Below, piece by piece: positions 27,003-36,684 of a stretch of 64,000 bases of DNA. The first letter of the stretch is position 1; each line of letters begins with the position of its first letter. Made by a program: the position numbers and the translations under genes. The notes under the pieces were generated by a model. It was not told the DNA's origin, made no database searches, and worked only from the letters and a program-made list of their open reading frames with translations. The DNA is from a virus (taxonomy: Duplodnaviria; Caudoviricetes), in IMG/VR virus record IMGVR_UViG_3300008110_007313; one strand, given 5' to 3'.

Positions 27003-28261
27003 TATATGTTTTTCTCATTGAAATATTGATTTATTTCTGGCCAAAGCTTTTTCCAATCAGTGCCGCGCCGTTGATCAATTGTGTCTAATGTTTGTTTTAG
27101 CATGTGCAATCGATCAATTTCGACAGTACCAGCAGCCGCAAGAGCTGCAATACCTTCCAGACGTTTTCGAGACTCAATGTCCCAGTCTGTAGCAATAGGA
27201 AATTCAGTTATCAGTTGATCAAACTGATGTTGAAAAAACTCACCACCAAAAATTTGAGGATGATATATTTTCTCAAGTCCGCTGTCAACCAAGTGATAAT
27301 CCTGCAGAATTTTAGGATTGATTTTTTTATACTCTGCAATTCTTTGTTGCAGATCAATAGCAGTTTTCATTGTTAATGAGGTTATTACTTGATGTACTGA
27401 CAATGCCATCCACCGATGCTGCATTAACGATTCAAAATTGCGCTGCCAATTTTGTAAATTCAACCCATAGCGAACAAACTCTGCTTGATCGCCCCAGCAG
27501 TCTAAACTAGCAGACACATGAACTTGTTTGATTTTTCTTTTAACTGTGAGATCTCGACCAGCATCAATAAACCGTTGCAGGGTTTCTGCATTGCAGTTGA
27601 GATTTGTGTTTATTGCAAGCTCAAGATTTTTATTGTCAAGGCTGTATAAGATCTCTAAGATTTGCCAGAATTCATTTTGCAACAAAGGCTCGCCACCGAG
27701 TATACTGAGCCTTGACAACTTTGATCCATTGTTTTTTAACCAATCAAGATATAGTGAAAAAAGCTGATCACGATCTGGAGATTTATTCACAGATTCTATG
27801 CCCAACGGGTATGGTCCAAACTTTTTAAGTTCTTGGTTTAACTTGGAACTAAACACTGGCAAACAATATACACATGCTAGATCGCAGGTATTGTTTAGAT
27901 AAATTTCGCTGATGCGAGGTGTAACATCTAGGTTATCAGTAGCAAAATCAACAGGGGTCAATCCTGAAATTTGATTGTGGTGCAGGCGGTCGCTAACGCC
28001 GCCTGCTTGCTCTATGTCTTGGCAGTATTCACAACCGCGTCCCGACGGCCATTTGCCTTGCAGCATAAGGCGTCGATCATCAAGAACTTCAGGAGTATTG
28101 TGAAATGAATCAAAAGTTTCTGGGGTCACTTCGACAGGAGAAACTCTATGACAACTTGACGACTTGCCATTGTAGAGTCTTAGAGTATTCCAACCCCATT
28201 TAAGCACACATGCAGATGCATTGTGAATAGGAAAAACGCTGTTATTCCCATTCTTCGTCAT
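27002..28261 (-). CDS. radical SAM enzyme with N-terminal SPASM/twitch-like Cys domain
   Basis: CDLACVYC, GGEPLL, INTNL, SASLD; N-terminal C..SSCH..CEYC; start set at MTKNG. Confidence 0.9.
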   Translation of the reverse strand: MTKNGNNSVFPIHNASACVLKWGWNTLRLYNGKSSSCHRVSPVEVTPETFDSFHNTPEVLDDRRLMLQGKWPSGRGCEYCQDIEQAGGVSDRLHHNQISGLTPVDFATDNLDVTPRISEIYLNNTCDLACVYCLPVFSSKLNQELKKFGPYPLGIESVNKSPDRDQLFSLYLDWLKNNGSKLSRLSILGGEPLLQNEFWQILEILYSLDNKNLELAINTNLNCNAETLQRFIDAGRDLTVKRKIKQVHVSASLDCWGDQAEFVRYGLNLQNWQRNFESLMQHRWMALSVHQVITSLTMKTAIDLQQRIAEYKKINPKILQDYHLVDSGLEKIYHPQIFGGEFFQHQFDQLITEFPIATDWDIESRKRLEGIAALAAAGTVEIDRLHMLKQTLDTIDQRRGTDWKKLWPEINQYFNEKNI

Positions 28262-28499
28262 TGTATTCACTGTCTTCGTCGTACTCTTCTTCTTGTTCGT
28301 AGTCCTTGTCGTTGTCAAGGTAACTAGTGAGAGCACGTTTAACATCCGAATCGTGTTTGAAGACATCTCGAATGTCTTCGGGATCTTCGTCGTTGTCAAT
28401 GAGAATCGATACCAACGTTTCCGCGGCTTCTGTTCTATCAACGGTGTTAACGTAGCGTTTTAGCTCACCCCAAATTTCGCTAGCGATATGTGAATGCAT
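28242..28499 (-). CDS. hypothetical acidic protein
   Basis: 85 aa, directly downstream of uvsX. Confidence 0.7.
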   Translation of the reverse strand: MHSHIASEIWGELKRYVNTVDRTEAAETLVSILIDNDEDPEDIRDVFKHDSDVKRALTSYLDNDKDYEQEEEYDEDSEYNDEEWE

Positions 28500-29560
28500 T
28501 AGACCTCCTCGTTGTCAGCTTCGCTGGTACTTACCTTGTCTGCTTGATTGGCAAAATCTGCCATGATCTTGTCAAGACAACCGTCTTCGTTGGCTTCCCA
28601 AGCTTTACGGAACTGTTTGATAATTTCACCGTCTGATGTAACAAACATCAATCGGTTACCGTCTTTTTTCAGCATGCCTTTCTTTTCAGCCAAGTCAACA
28701 AGACCACTGTAAGGGCTCATGCCTTGTTCATAAGGAATTTTAACTTGCACACCTTCAAATGGTTTGGCATAGCGAGTTTTCATAACCTTGCATGCACTTC
28801 GAATGCCCATGACGTCTGTGACTTTGTTGCCATCCTCATCTTCTTTGAGTTTGAGTTTGCGCATGGCCACAACAATTGAGCTAGCGTAAATGAAACCTTG
28901 ACCGCCTGAGATTTTGTCGTCTGGGTCAAACATGTCTTGTGAAGCGTATGTATGATTAGTACATACCAAGCCAACGTTGTAGCTACCGAACATATTGACA
29001 CAATTGCGAACCAAGGCTGTGAGTGCTTTGGGCTTGCGACCTAAGTCACCTTTCATGTCGCCTGCTTCAAACTGATTAACGTCTGTGGGAGTCAACAACA
29101 TACCCAGGCTGTCGATTACAAACATGACTTTAGGGCGCTCACCGTCGGGCAGAGCCTTGTAATCACTCATGAATGTAGCAATGGTCTTGGCCACATCATC
29201 GATCATGGCCATACTCAGCTTCAGCAATTTGCTTTCGTCTGTGCTTACACCAAGTGCGTGTAGCCAGGCTTCGTCAAGAGCGTTTTCTGAGTCAATCAGC
29301 ACAACATAGATGCCTTGTTCTTGTGCGTGTTTGATAATGTTGCCTGAGCAGATGTAACTTTTACCTGCGCCGGATTCTCCAGCAAACACAGTAACCTTGC
29401 CTAGTGGAACGCCTTTGTTGAAGTCTCCACTGATTAGATAATTCAGTGCATAGTTGCCTGTTGAGATCCAATCTGTAGGATCATTAAAGCCGATACTAAG
29501 GCCGTCAATGCTCTTAGTGATTTCCTTGCGGAATTTTGAAATGTCAAATGGTTTACCCAT
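28499..29560 (-). CDS. uvsX: RecA-like recombinase (UvsX)
   Basis: GESGAGKS, IDSLGML, KALT, TNHTY, SGG. Confidence 0.95.
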   Translation of the reverse strand: MGKPFDISKFRKEITKSIDGLSIGFNDPTDWISTGNYALNYLISGDFNKGVPLGKVTVFAGESGAGKSYICSGNIIKHAQEQGIYVVLIDSENALDEAWLHALGVSTDESKLLKLSMAMIDDVAKTIATFMSDYKALPDGERPKVMFVIDSLGMLLTPTDVNQFEAGDMKGDLGRKPKALTALVRNCVNMFGSYNVGLVCTNHTYASQDMFDPDDKISGGQGFIYASSIVVAMRKLKLKEDEDGNKVTDVMGIRSACKVMKTRYAKPFEGVQVKIPYEQGMSPYSGLVDLAEKKGMLKKDGNRLMFVTSDGEIIKQFRKAWEANEDGCLDKIMADFANQADKVSTSEADNEEV

Positions 29561-29562
29561 GA

Positions 29563-30309
29563 TCAATCCTTAAACAATTTTATATAATCTACTGTATTAG
29601 TAGGAAAGAATTTTAATCTGCGCGGTTGCTCATAAAATCTTTTATTGGTTTTTTGCATTACCAACATATGACACATCGCTGTTTCAAAAAAATCAAGATC
29701 AACTGCGTATTCCTTTCCGTCGGTAACATCAGTTGATATTTTAACACACTTTTCAATAGTGTTAAAGTATTCTTGGTTAGACTCTGCAACAATGTGACAA
29801 AAATCTTCAACCTTTTCATCCACAGGGTGCAGTCCACACTCTTTCAAAAACAACGACACAGCGGCCGGGCTATTCCAAAAACTTGTTATGTCAAGCACGT
29901 GGTCAGCATCTGCAAACCAACCTTCAGACTGATGTACTTTGTCCAACAATGTGTTAGATAATACTTCAATCTGTTCTTGAATAGTAACTCCATCTTGACG
30001 TAGAATCACAGGTTTGTTGAACTCAGGAATAGCCTTTTTCCACTTTTTTAATCCCATCAATATAATCAATAGCCTACCAAACGTACTAAACGAACTTGAA
30101 CTAATGATTGTATTGCCTGCTGCTCTTTCTTTGACCATATCAATATCTGGATGTTTTACTTGATAGAATCTAGAAAGAGGATAGTGATGATGTAAGTTGT
30201 TGCCCTTAACAAAAGAAGGAAACGCAGAGTTTCCTTCTTTTGTACAACAGTCCATTAGAGCTGTTACTGTATGCCCTAATGCACCGTTGTGGTAGCAAAA
30301 AGCAAGCAT
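29563..30309 (-). CDS. hypothetical protein
   Basis: 248-aa ORF coupled between gp32 and uvsX. Confidence 0.65.
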   Translation of the reverse strand: MLAFCYHNGALGHTVTALMDCCTKEGNSAFPSFVKGNNLHHHYPLSRFYQVKHPDIDMVKERAAGNTIISSSSFSTFGRLLIILMGLKKWKKAIPEFNKPVILRQDGVTIQEQIEVLSNTLLDKVHQSEGWFADADHVLDITSFWNSPAAVSLFLKECGLHPVDEKVEDFCHIVAESNQEYFNTIEKCVKISTDVTDGKEYAVDLDFFETAMCHMLVMQKTNKRFYEQPRRLKFFPTNTVDYIKLFKD

Positions 30310-31304
30310 TACTTGGTTTGACGGCTACGGATCATGGCCAAAATGTCTTGTGCATTTTGTGTTGCCTTGGGTGCTGCAATCGGTGCAGCGGCTGCTTCAG
30401 CGGCGTCTTCTTCCCATGGTGCTGCTTCTGCTGCCGGAGCAGGAGTTGCTGTACGTGCCACAGGTGCAGGTGCTGCTGGTGCTGCGGCTTCGTCTGTGCT
30501 GCCGCCTTGAGGAGCGCCAACTCCGGCTGGGCGGAAGTACTGACCCCAACGCTCTGTGTCGTAAGGCTGACCATCTACTGATGCTTCAAACATCTCTTTG
30601 ATCACTTTGAGTTCAACATCGCCTGGCTTCTTGGGCAGGAACGTACTCAAATCAAACAAGCCATGTTTTTCGACAGCGGCTTGCTCGTCTTCAGTGAGTG
30701 CTGACTCTTTACGTGCCCACTTGCTTCCGTTGTAGTCAGCGAAACCGCCCTTGCTGCCTTTGCTGATGCGGAAGTCCAAGCCACGCAGATAATCTGTGGG
30801 CAGTTCTTCCAGTTCAGGATCCATCAACGCACCTTTGATGGTGGTAAAGATCTGAGGACCAATAATGAACTTACGGATTGGGTTTTCAGGAGTTGTATCA
30901 TCGCTGAGTGGATTCTCGCGAACAAAACCTTGGAAGATGTAGCTACGCTTCTTCCAGTATTTGCGACCCATGTCTTCAAGGCTCTTGTCCTTGAACCAGG
31001 TACGCACCTCTGTCAAGATAGGGCAGGTCTCGCCCCACATTTCCACGCAAGGTACTTGAACCATAACTTGCTTGGAGTCCATTTCGCCTTTGACGCCGTT
31101 GAAGGGTAGACGAATCATTGCTCGTTCTTGCCAGAAGAAAGTGTTCTTAGGATTGCCATCTGGGAGGAAGCGCAGTGTGGCGCTTTGGCCTTCTTCCATA
31201 TTCCAGTGTGGGTAGATTGATCGGTCACCGCCTCCGGTGCTACCTTCTTTGCCTTTGTTTTCTGCTGCCTGTAAACGTGCGCGGATTTCTGCTAATGATG
31301 CCAT
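30309..31304 (-). CDS. 32: single-stranded DNA-binding protein (gp32-like)
   Basis: LRFLP, PC..CP, KKRSY, IGPQI, K..KGGFADY; low-complexity tail. Confidence 0.9.
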   Translation of the reverse strand: MASLAEIRARLQAAENKGKEGSTGGGDRSIYPHWNMEEGQSATLRFLPDGNPKNTFFWQERAMIRLPFNGVKGEMDSKQVMVQVPCVEMWGETCPILTEVRTWFKDKSLEDMGRKYWKKRSYIFQGFVRENPLSDDTTPENPIRKFIIGPQIFTTIKGALMDPELEELPTDYLRGLDFRISKGSKGGFADYNGSKWARKESALTEDEQAAVEKHGLFDLSTFLPKKPGDVELKVIKEMFEASVDGQPYDTERWGQYFRPAGVGAPQGGSTDEAAAPAAPAPVARTATPAPAAEAAPWEEDAAEAAAAPIAAPKATQNAQDILAMIRSRQTK

Positions 31305-31386
31305 AGTATTTTACCTTTCTAAAGTTGCCTATGTTATATGCCTATCTAATAATTTAGATGTTTAGTTGCCTGTGCATACAAGTTGT

Positions 31387-31415
31387 ATTGTACGCGAATG
31401 TATTTAGTATCACAA
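31387..31415 (-). promoter_or_regulatory. overlapping sigma70-like and late promoters of gene 32
   Basis: TTGTGA-N17-TACAAT plus TAAATA at 31401-31406. Confidence 0.45.
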
Positions 31416-31441
31416 TACAAAAGGCAAAGTTTTTTGTTCAA

Positions 31442-31447
31442 TAAGTA
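31442..31447 (+). promoter_or_regulatory. late-type promoter variant TAAGTA
   Basis: 5 nt before ATG 31453. Confidence 0.4.
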
Positions 31448-31452
31448 CTGTG

Positions 31453-32793
31453 ATGGACAACAATCCTTTTTATGTCTACGACACGCATGACTGTGTGTGG
31501 ACCAGCAATCCTGAATTTAAAAATTTAACCGAATGGTTTGTGTGGGACCCGCATACCTGGTGGGAGTATGCCTATGCATTGTCGCAGGGTGTGGAGTTCT
31601 TCCCAAACGCAGAAATATATCGCGGCGTACGGCCACCTGGTCCAGGAGAGATTGACTTTGGCAACGACAAACGAAAAAAAGTTGCTATCTTGTTTTACGA
31701 ACATGTTAGACGACATCTTGCATCTGGACAGGTATCTGACTCTGGTCCCATTGAGGACTACCCAAATGAGATTGTAAACACAGCATTGAACTGGGCTGAC
31801 ATTGTTATTACCTACAGTACAGAACCACTGCAAAATTGGTGGCCTCGTATCTACGGAGACATCAACTATGCGGTACACCATGACAAAATCAAATGTGTGT
31901 TTGCCAGCCACATGCCCTATACTGATCCGCCACCTGATCGTTTTTATACAGATCAATTGAGTTTCTTCAGCATGGTTGCCACAGCTAACCAATACAAAGA
32001 TATAACCGAAGTCACTGTGCCATTTAGGAAATACATGTTTGATATCTTGATGGGTACAGTGAAGACCAGTCGTTTGTATTTGATGTATCGATTGCTAGAA
32101 TCTGACTTCATGGATCAATGCTTGATCAATTTGCAGCCCAGCCCACACGGCGACGATGTCAGCAGATTGCGAACTGTTGACCCGCAAGGCTTCAAAACAC
32201 ACGGACTTATTCAACGTTTTCAAAGTCCTGCACTGGCGGACCTAGAAGAACCTGTGATTGCCAAATTCAAAGAACAAACCAAAGATCTCGATGCAAGAGG
32301 ACAATACAGTGTGAATCTTGTGCACCGTCCAGATTTTGGTGTGCCTGGGGACAATGTATCAATGAGTTGCATTGTGCCTTGGGGAGTGTATCAATCCAGC
32401 TGGTACAGTGTTGTTTGCGAGACTGCGGATTTTGGTAATGTAACTTTTTTGTCTGAAAAAACAGCCAAGTGTTTGTTTGCAAAACGTGTCTTTATTATGT
32501 TCGGGGGCCGTGGTCTTTTACGTAGGCTACGCAATCTAGGATTCCGCACGTTTCACGGAGACATCATTGACGAAAGGTACGACGACGAGCCTGATAATTC
32601 CAAACGCTATGCCCTAGCCTGGCAACAAATAGTAAAACTACAGCACACAGATGGACCTCGTCGGGTGTACGATCATTTCAAAGAAGTACTAGAGCACAAC
32701 CATCAAATGATGTTGGCTTTGCCTAAACAACAACTCAAGAACATTCAACAATTTATTCACGCTCCTTTTGCTCTAGAGCAAACAAAAATATAA
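31453..32793 (+). CDS. putative GT-B (GT10-like) glycosyltransferase-fold protein
   Basis: C-terminal YSVVCET..FLSEKTAKCL..FIMFG..LRNLGFRTF resembles the GT10 FENS..YxTEK region. Confidence 0.5.
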   Translation: MDNNPFYVYDTHDCVWTSNPEFKNLTEWFVWDPHTWWEYAYALSQGVEFFPNAEIYRGVRPPGPGEIDFGNDKRKKVAILFYEHVRRHLASGQVSDSGPIEDYPNEIVNTALNWADIVITYSTEPLQNWWPRIYGDINYAVHHDKIKCVFASHMPYTDPPPDRFYTDQLSFFSMVATANQYKDITEVTVPFRKYMFDILMGTVKTSRLYLMYRLLESDFMDQCLINLQPSPHGDDVSRLRTVDPQGFKTHGLIQRFQSPALADLEEPVIAKFKEQTKDLDARGQYSVNLVHRPDFGVPGDNVSMSCIVPWGVYQSSWYSVVCETADFGNVTFLSEKTAKCLFAKRVFIMFGGRGLLRRLRNLGFRTFHGDIIDERYDDEPDNSKRYALAWQQIVKLQHTDGPRRVYDHFKEVLEHNHQMMLALPKQQLKNIQQFIHAPFALEQTKI

Positions 32794-32813
32794 AAAACTC
32801 AGAGATTTATTAG

Positions 32814-32819
32814 TAAATA
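32814..32819 (+). promoter_or_regulatory. T4-late-type promoter core TAAATA
   Basis: 5 nt before ATG 32825. Confidence 0.6.
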
Positions 32820-32824
32820 CCATT

Positions 32825-33364
32825 ATGACTATTCACCATATCTACGATACTGCCTCTGAAGTCACCTCTGTTGCCAGCAACCTATGGAGTGTAAAAGACT
32901 GCTTTGCTGAAGACACATTTCAACAGTTGGCTACCACACATTTGAATCATGTGGATGCCTGGCACCGACACGCTGACTGCCTGGAGTATCGACTACAACT
33001 CACACCTGAGTCTCCTACGCTAAAACGACTGCAGGACATGGCTCCCAAAATTATGCCTGAGCTAGAAAAAATCACTGGGATCAAGCTAATGCCTGCAGAG
33101 TGTAAAATGTGGCTGGATTTGAGTAACTGGCATTGTCCTTATCACTCAGATGCTGAATTGCTGGTTGTAACTTATCAAGTGTACCTGTGGACACATGGCG
33201 ATGTGCATGGCACTGAATTCACGCATAGTGATCCACGCACAAGGATTGATTTTGTGCCCAACACAGGCTATATCAATTTAAACACTGACTGCAAAGAACA
33301 CCACGTAGACACTATCACAGGCACACGGTTAAGTGCTTGCTGGCAGTTCCGCGCCAAAGTGTAA
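32825..33364 (+). CDS. 2OG-Fe(II) oxygenase-like protein
   Basis: PYHSD..YQVYL..GTEF..NTGY..HHV..R. Confidence 0.75.
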   Translation: MTIHHIYDTASEVTSVASNLWSVKDCFAEDTFQQLATTHLNHVDAWHRHADCLEYRLQLTPESPTLKRLQDMAPKIMPELEKITGIKLMPAECKMWLDLSNWHCPYHSDAELLVVTYQVYLWTHGDVHGTEFTHSDPRTRIDFVPNTGYINLNTDCKEHHVDTITGTRLSACWQFRAKV

Positions 33365-33910
33365 GTTCACTGTTTCACGCACCGAGTTAGGTGCAACTTC
33401 GTATGCCGTTCCAAAGAACGTTCTAGGTTGATTGATCATTAACCAAGCTTCGTTGGGGCGGTATTTTATTTTGACCAAATCTTCAGGCTGGAATTCAGAA
33501 ATGTCTGCGTAGTCAGCAGGGTGCTCTGCGTTCACAGTCAGGTTGTTGCAAAACACACTGCTCATTTCAGGAGCAGGTTCTGTGCCCATGAACACCTGTA
33601 TAAAACATTTGATGTCTGGATGCAATCTATGCATCATGATTTGACTGCCTGATAAATCAATGCTAGAGTAAATCACTTGCTGTTGTACAGCGTAGCCTGT
33701 TAGTTGTTTGATCTGAGCAGGTGCTTGTGCTAGTGCAGACTCTAATGTATTATTAGACCCCCAAGGTGTTAACAATCTGTTGGGATACTGTGTGGTCCAT
33801 TTTTGTTCAGGGCTTCGATAACTGCGGCACACAGAATCAAAGTCCAAGAAAAAGTCTGGCAGGCGCCAGACTGTGGGAAGGATTTGTTGGGCATTACTAA
33901 AATTTAGCAT
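33329..33910 (-). CDS. 2OG-Fe(II) oxygenase-like protein, degenerate metal ligands
   Basis: MHRLHPD..IQVFM..PNEAWLMIN..R; same topology as its neighbour but lacks the distal His. Confidence 0.5.
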   Translation of the reverse strand: MLNFSNAQQILPTVWRLPDFFLDFDSVCRSYRSPEQKWTTQYPNRLLTPWGSNNTLESALAQAPAQIKQLTGYAVQQQVIYSSIDLSGSQIMMHRLHPDIKCFIQVFMGTEPAPEMSSVFCNNLTVNAEHPADYADISEFQPEDLVKIKYRPNEAWLMINQPRTFFGTAYEVAPNSVRETVNLHFGAELPAST

Positions 33911-33915
33911 GCCTA

Positions 33916-33921
33916 TATTTA
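33916..33921 (-). promoter_or_regulatory. T4-late-type promoter core TAAATA
   Basis: 5 nt before ATG 33910. Confidence 0.6.
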
Positions 33922-33923
33922 AA

Positions 33924-36671
33924 TCACTTGATCATGGCTAGACTTTTTATTCTAGCCAGCAATGCATCATCAGACTTGCTTTCGTAGTATGCACCTGTAA
34001 TCGCACCGTTGTAGTTGATAGGGTCATCATTGCCTTCTTCTAGACCTACATTGCCCGGTTGTGCTCCGTTGGCTACACGCCATGCATCGTCAAATGATCG
34101 ATATGTAGAGTCTTGACGGTCAATTGTTCTGTCAGAACCATCTTGCGTCCAGCCACCGGGCAACTTTGTCCAAGTTCTGCCTTTGGCGTCTTTGATTTGC
34201 GGTTTTATTTTAGGTGGTACATCCACTATGCCATTGAACTTTTGTAGTGTGTTCACATCAACGTTGCTCTTGATACCTTGAACACCTCCAGGTGCCGCAG
34301 GTGCTGCGGCTTGTGGAGCAGGTGCTGGGTTAGCTGCCGCGGGCTTTGCTACTGGTGTAATTTTCTTAGTCATGTCCAGAGTGCCGCCCTTTTTTACCGT
34401 GCCCGGACCCGCCTTTAGACCCGACTTTGCAACAGTCAGTGGTTTGCCAGTGTTTGGATCATATCCTTGCGGGGCAGCCGCAATTCTTGCTTGGGTGGCT
34501 GCATTAGGAACTACCGGAGCAGGTGCTGCCGCTGTAGCAGGTGCTGCCGCAGGTGCTGCCGCAGGTGCTGCCGCAGGTGCTGCCGCAGGTGCTGCCGCAG
34601 GTTTTGCAAACATACTTTTGACTTTGTTGACTGCATTGCCAATAACACCTTCGTCAACTTCATCTTCGGGCTTGCCGTACAAGTATGTAACAGTTCCCAT
34701 TGGACTGATAACGTGAGTAACATCATAACCTTCATCGTCAAACCGAGCCAGTAACTTTTTAGCACCAACAACTTCATAACGTTCAGGTTTATATTCGTGA
34801 ACTAGTTCGTCACCGTCCATGATTCTCCAGATGTCGTTGCGTAGATAGTAGTGTTTGTCTCTACCGTCATCATCGCCTTCACCTATAACTGGAGCCATAC
34901 CGCCTGCAACTGTGCCCATTTCATACATGCTACCACATTCGGCAAGACCGTGTTCAGGACAGTATTCACCTTCTGTGGTCATGTTACATGAGCCCTCGCC
35001 TAACACAGCGGCAGCGTCAGTTTCAAATGTAGCCACAGGATCAGCTTCTCCTAGTGCACGAAAGCCCATGCCGCCTAGATCTTGATCTAAACGCTGTGAC
35101 ACCCACTCATAGGGATCGCCGTCACGAGCTTTGGCTACGCCATAGGGAATTTCTCCGCGATCGCTGTAGTAGTCAAACAGTGCTTCATACAAGTCACTGT
35201 CTAACTCGCCACCTTTGCGGAACTGATTTACTTCAAATTTGAAACGATCTAAAATGTGACCAAGTGTTTCTCCTGCTTCGTCAAGTATTTGAGCTTCAGT
35301 TACAACGCCAGCAAGTTTTAGAATACGAGCAAAGTCTTCTGCTACACTTTGTTGCGGAGCAGGTGCAGGGGCAGGTGCAGCAGCATCGGGTGCAGCAGCA
35401 TCGGGTGCAGCAGCCATGGTATCTTCGGCGCCAGCAGGCGAAATGCCTTCAGTTTCAATACCCAACTCACGCAGTCTGTTCATGACTTCTGTATCGTTCC
35501 ATGCATTAGCTCTAGGGTCACGTTGAGCTAGATCACCAAGACGATCAAACAACTCATCATCACCTATTAGATCATACAACTGTTCAGTGGCATTGGTAGC
35601 ATCTGGGCCCACAATGAGTTCTTTGCCCATGAGCTCTTTTAATTTGGCAACTTGTTCAGGAGTTTCGGGCAAGCTCCACGTGCCTTCGACCAGTTGGTTC
35701 ATCCAAGATTCAAAAATGTCTGCTTCTTTCATAGTATTTCCTTGTTGCTGTATTCGAGCCAATAACGGTAGTGCAGCTTCGATACGTGTGTCTAGAGTTT
35801 GTTCAATGAACATGGTCTTGATATCTTCTACCAAGCTTTCTTGTTCTTGAACATCCAGCGGGTGCCAGCTTTCAAAATAGGTTTTATAACCGCGGCTGTT
35901 GCCAAGATGTTTTATACTTTCTTGCAGCTTGGCATAGTAGTGTTGTGCTTGTTCAACAATTTGTTGAGTCACGCCTTCCATCACACGATGGCCAGCAGCA
36001 CGATTAAAACGGCTCAGCACTTTCATTTCTGTGACTATTTCACAGATATGATTGCCGCGAACATCATAGGGCTTGCCACCTTGACGAACATGTTCAAGCA
36101 TGGCCCGAGAACCTGACATATTTGTAAATGGTAGCTTGAAACGTTCGCCGTCGGCTGTTTCAATAAAAACGCTTTCAACATATCGGAATCGTGCGTCATT
36201 TTCGCCTAGGGTCCGATTGTGTTTGATCATGAGACGAGCCTCAGTGGGCTCGCCAGTGTAACTTATTTTACGTGTACCGTAGTAACCTTCAAACAAGCCT
36301 TCTTTGATGGCAGCAATGCCTGCTTGTACACGTTTGAGTTTGCCAATGTCCATCAACGTACCGCTCCAGCGATTACGATTGGCAAGATCCATGAGTTGTT
36401 GCTGAAAGTCAAAAAATTCTGAACGATCATCTGTGTCTTCGATGGTTTTACCTAGGTTATCGCCGTACATGATATACATTTCGTTGTCGCTGCCTAGGAC
36501 AACTACCATGGTGCCATAGTTTTTGCCTGAGCCAGAAACATAGTCAAAGCTGAATGTTTTGGCGTTTTCTGCGTCTGCAGGCCGGCCATCTTTGCCCAGC
36601 ATTTCAGGGTGAAAATCGCGGGTGTCTAACAAGTCTGCTAGTTTTTGTTCAAGATTAAGTTCTGTGGTCAT
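33924..36671 (-). CDS. large modular virion/head protein with Ala-Pro linkers
   Basis: 915 aa, directly after the terminase; late promoter; many hydrophobic-x-E(G) sites. Confidence 0.7.
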   Translation of the reverse strand: MTTELNLEQKLADLLDTRDFHPEMLGKDGRPADAENAKTFSFDYVSGSGKNYGTMVVVLGSDNEMYIMYGDNLGKTIEDTDDRSEFFDFQQQLMDLANRNRWSGTLMDIGKLKRVQAGIAAIKEGLFEGYYGTRKISYTGEPTEARLMIKHNRTLGENDARFRYVESVFIETADGERFKLPFTNMSGSRAMLEHVRQGGKPYDVRGNHICEIVTEMKVLSRFNRAAGHRVMEGVTQQIVEQAQHYYAKLQESIKHLGNSRGYKTYFESWHPLDVQEQESLVEDIKTMFIEQTLDTRIEAALPLLARIQQQGNTMKEADIFESWMNQLVEGTWSLPETPEQVAKLKELMGKELIVGPDATNATEQLYDLIGDDELFDRLGDLAQRDPRANAWNDTEVMNRLRELGIETEGISPAGAEDTMAAAPDAAAPDAAAPAPAPAPQQSVAEDFARILKLAGVVTEAQILDEAGETLGHILDRFKFEVNQFRKGGELDSDLYEALFDYYSDRGEIPYGVAKARDGDPYEWVSQRLDQDLGGMGFRALGEADPVATFETDAAAVLGEGSCNMTTEGEYCPEHGLAECGSMYEMGTVAGGMAPVIGEGDDDGRDKHYYLRNDIWRIMDGDELVHEYKPERYEVVGAKKLLARFDDEGYDVTHVISPMGTVTYLYGKPEDEVDEGVIGNAVNKVKSMFAKPAAAPAAAPAAAPAAAPAAAPATAAAPAPVVPNAATQARIAAAPQGYDPNTGKPLTVAKSGLKAGPGTVKKGGTLDMTKKITPVAKPAAANPAPAPQAAAPAAPGGVQGIKSNVDVNTLQKFNGIVDVPPKIKPQIKDAKGRTWTKLPGGWTQDGSDRTIDRQDSTYRSFDDAWRVANGAQPGNVGLEEGNDDPINYNGAITGAYYESKSDDALLARIKSLAMIK
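34519..34601. repeat. 12-nt tandem repeat GCAGGTGCTGCC (encodes AAPA)
   Basis: 5 perfect tandem copies at 34537-34596 plus one at 34519-34530. Confidence 0.95.
35377..35414. repeat. 15-nt tandem repeat GCAGCAGCATCGGGT (encodes AAAPD)
   Basis: About 2.5 copies. Confidence 0.9.
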
Positions 36672-36678
36672 AGCAGTG

Positions 36679-36684
36679 TATTTA
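36679..36684 (-). promoter_or_regulatory. T4-late-type promoter core TAAATA
   Basis: Overlaps the terminase TAA stop; 7 nt before ATG 36671. Confidence 0.6.

Noticed and set aside
28262-28441. ORF-track 60-aa extension of the 27002 radical SAM gene
   Set aside because: It is an alternative frame of the acidic 28242-28499 gene (T/K-rich artefact)
34519-34601. Tandem repeats as a possible CRISPR array or DGR template
   Set aside because: No spacers; in-frame coding repeats for an Ala/Pro linker; no cas or reverse transcriptase gene
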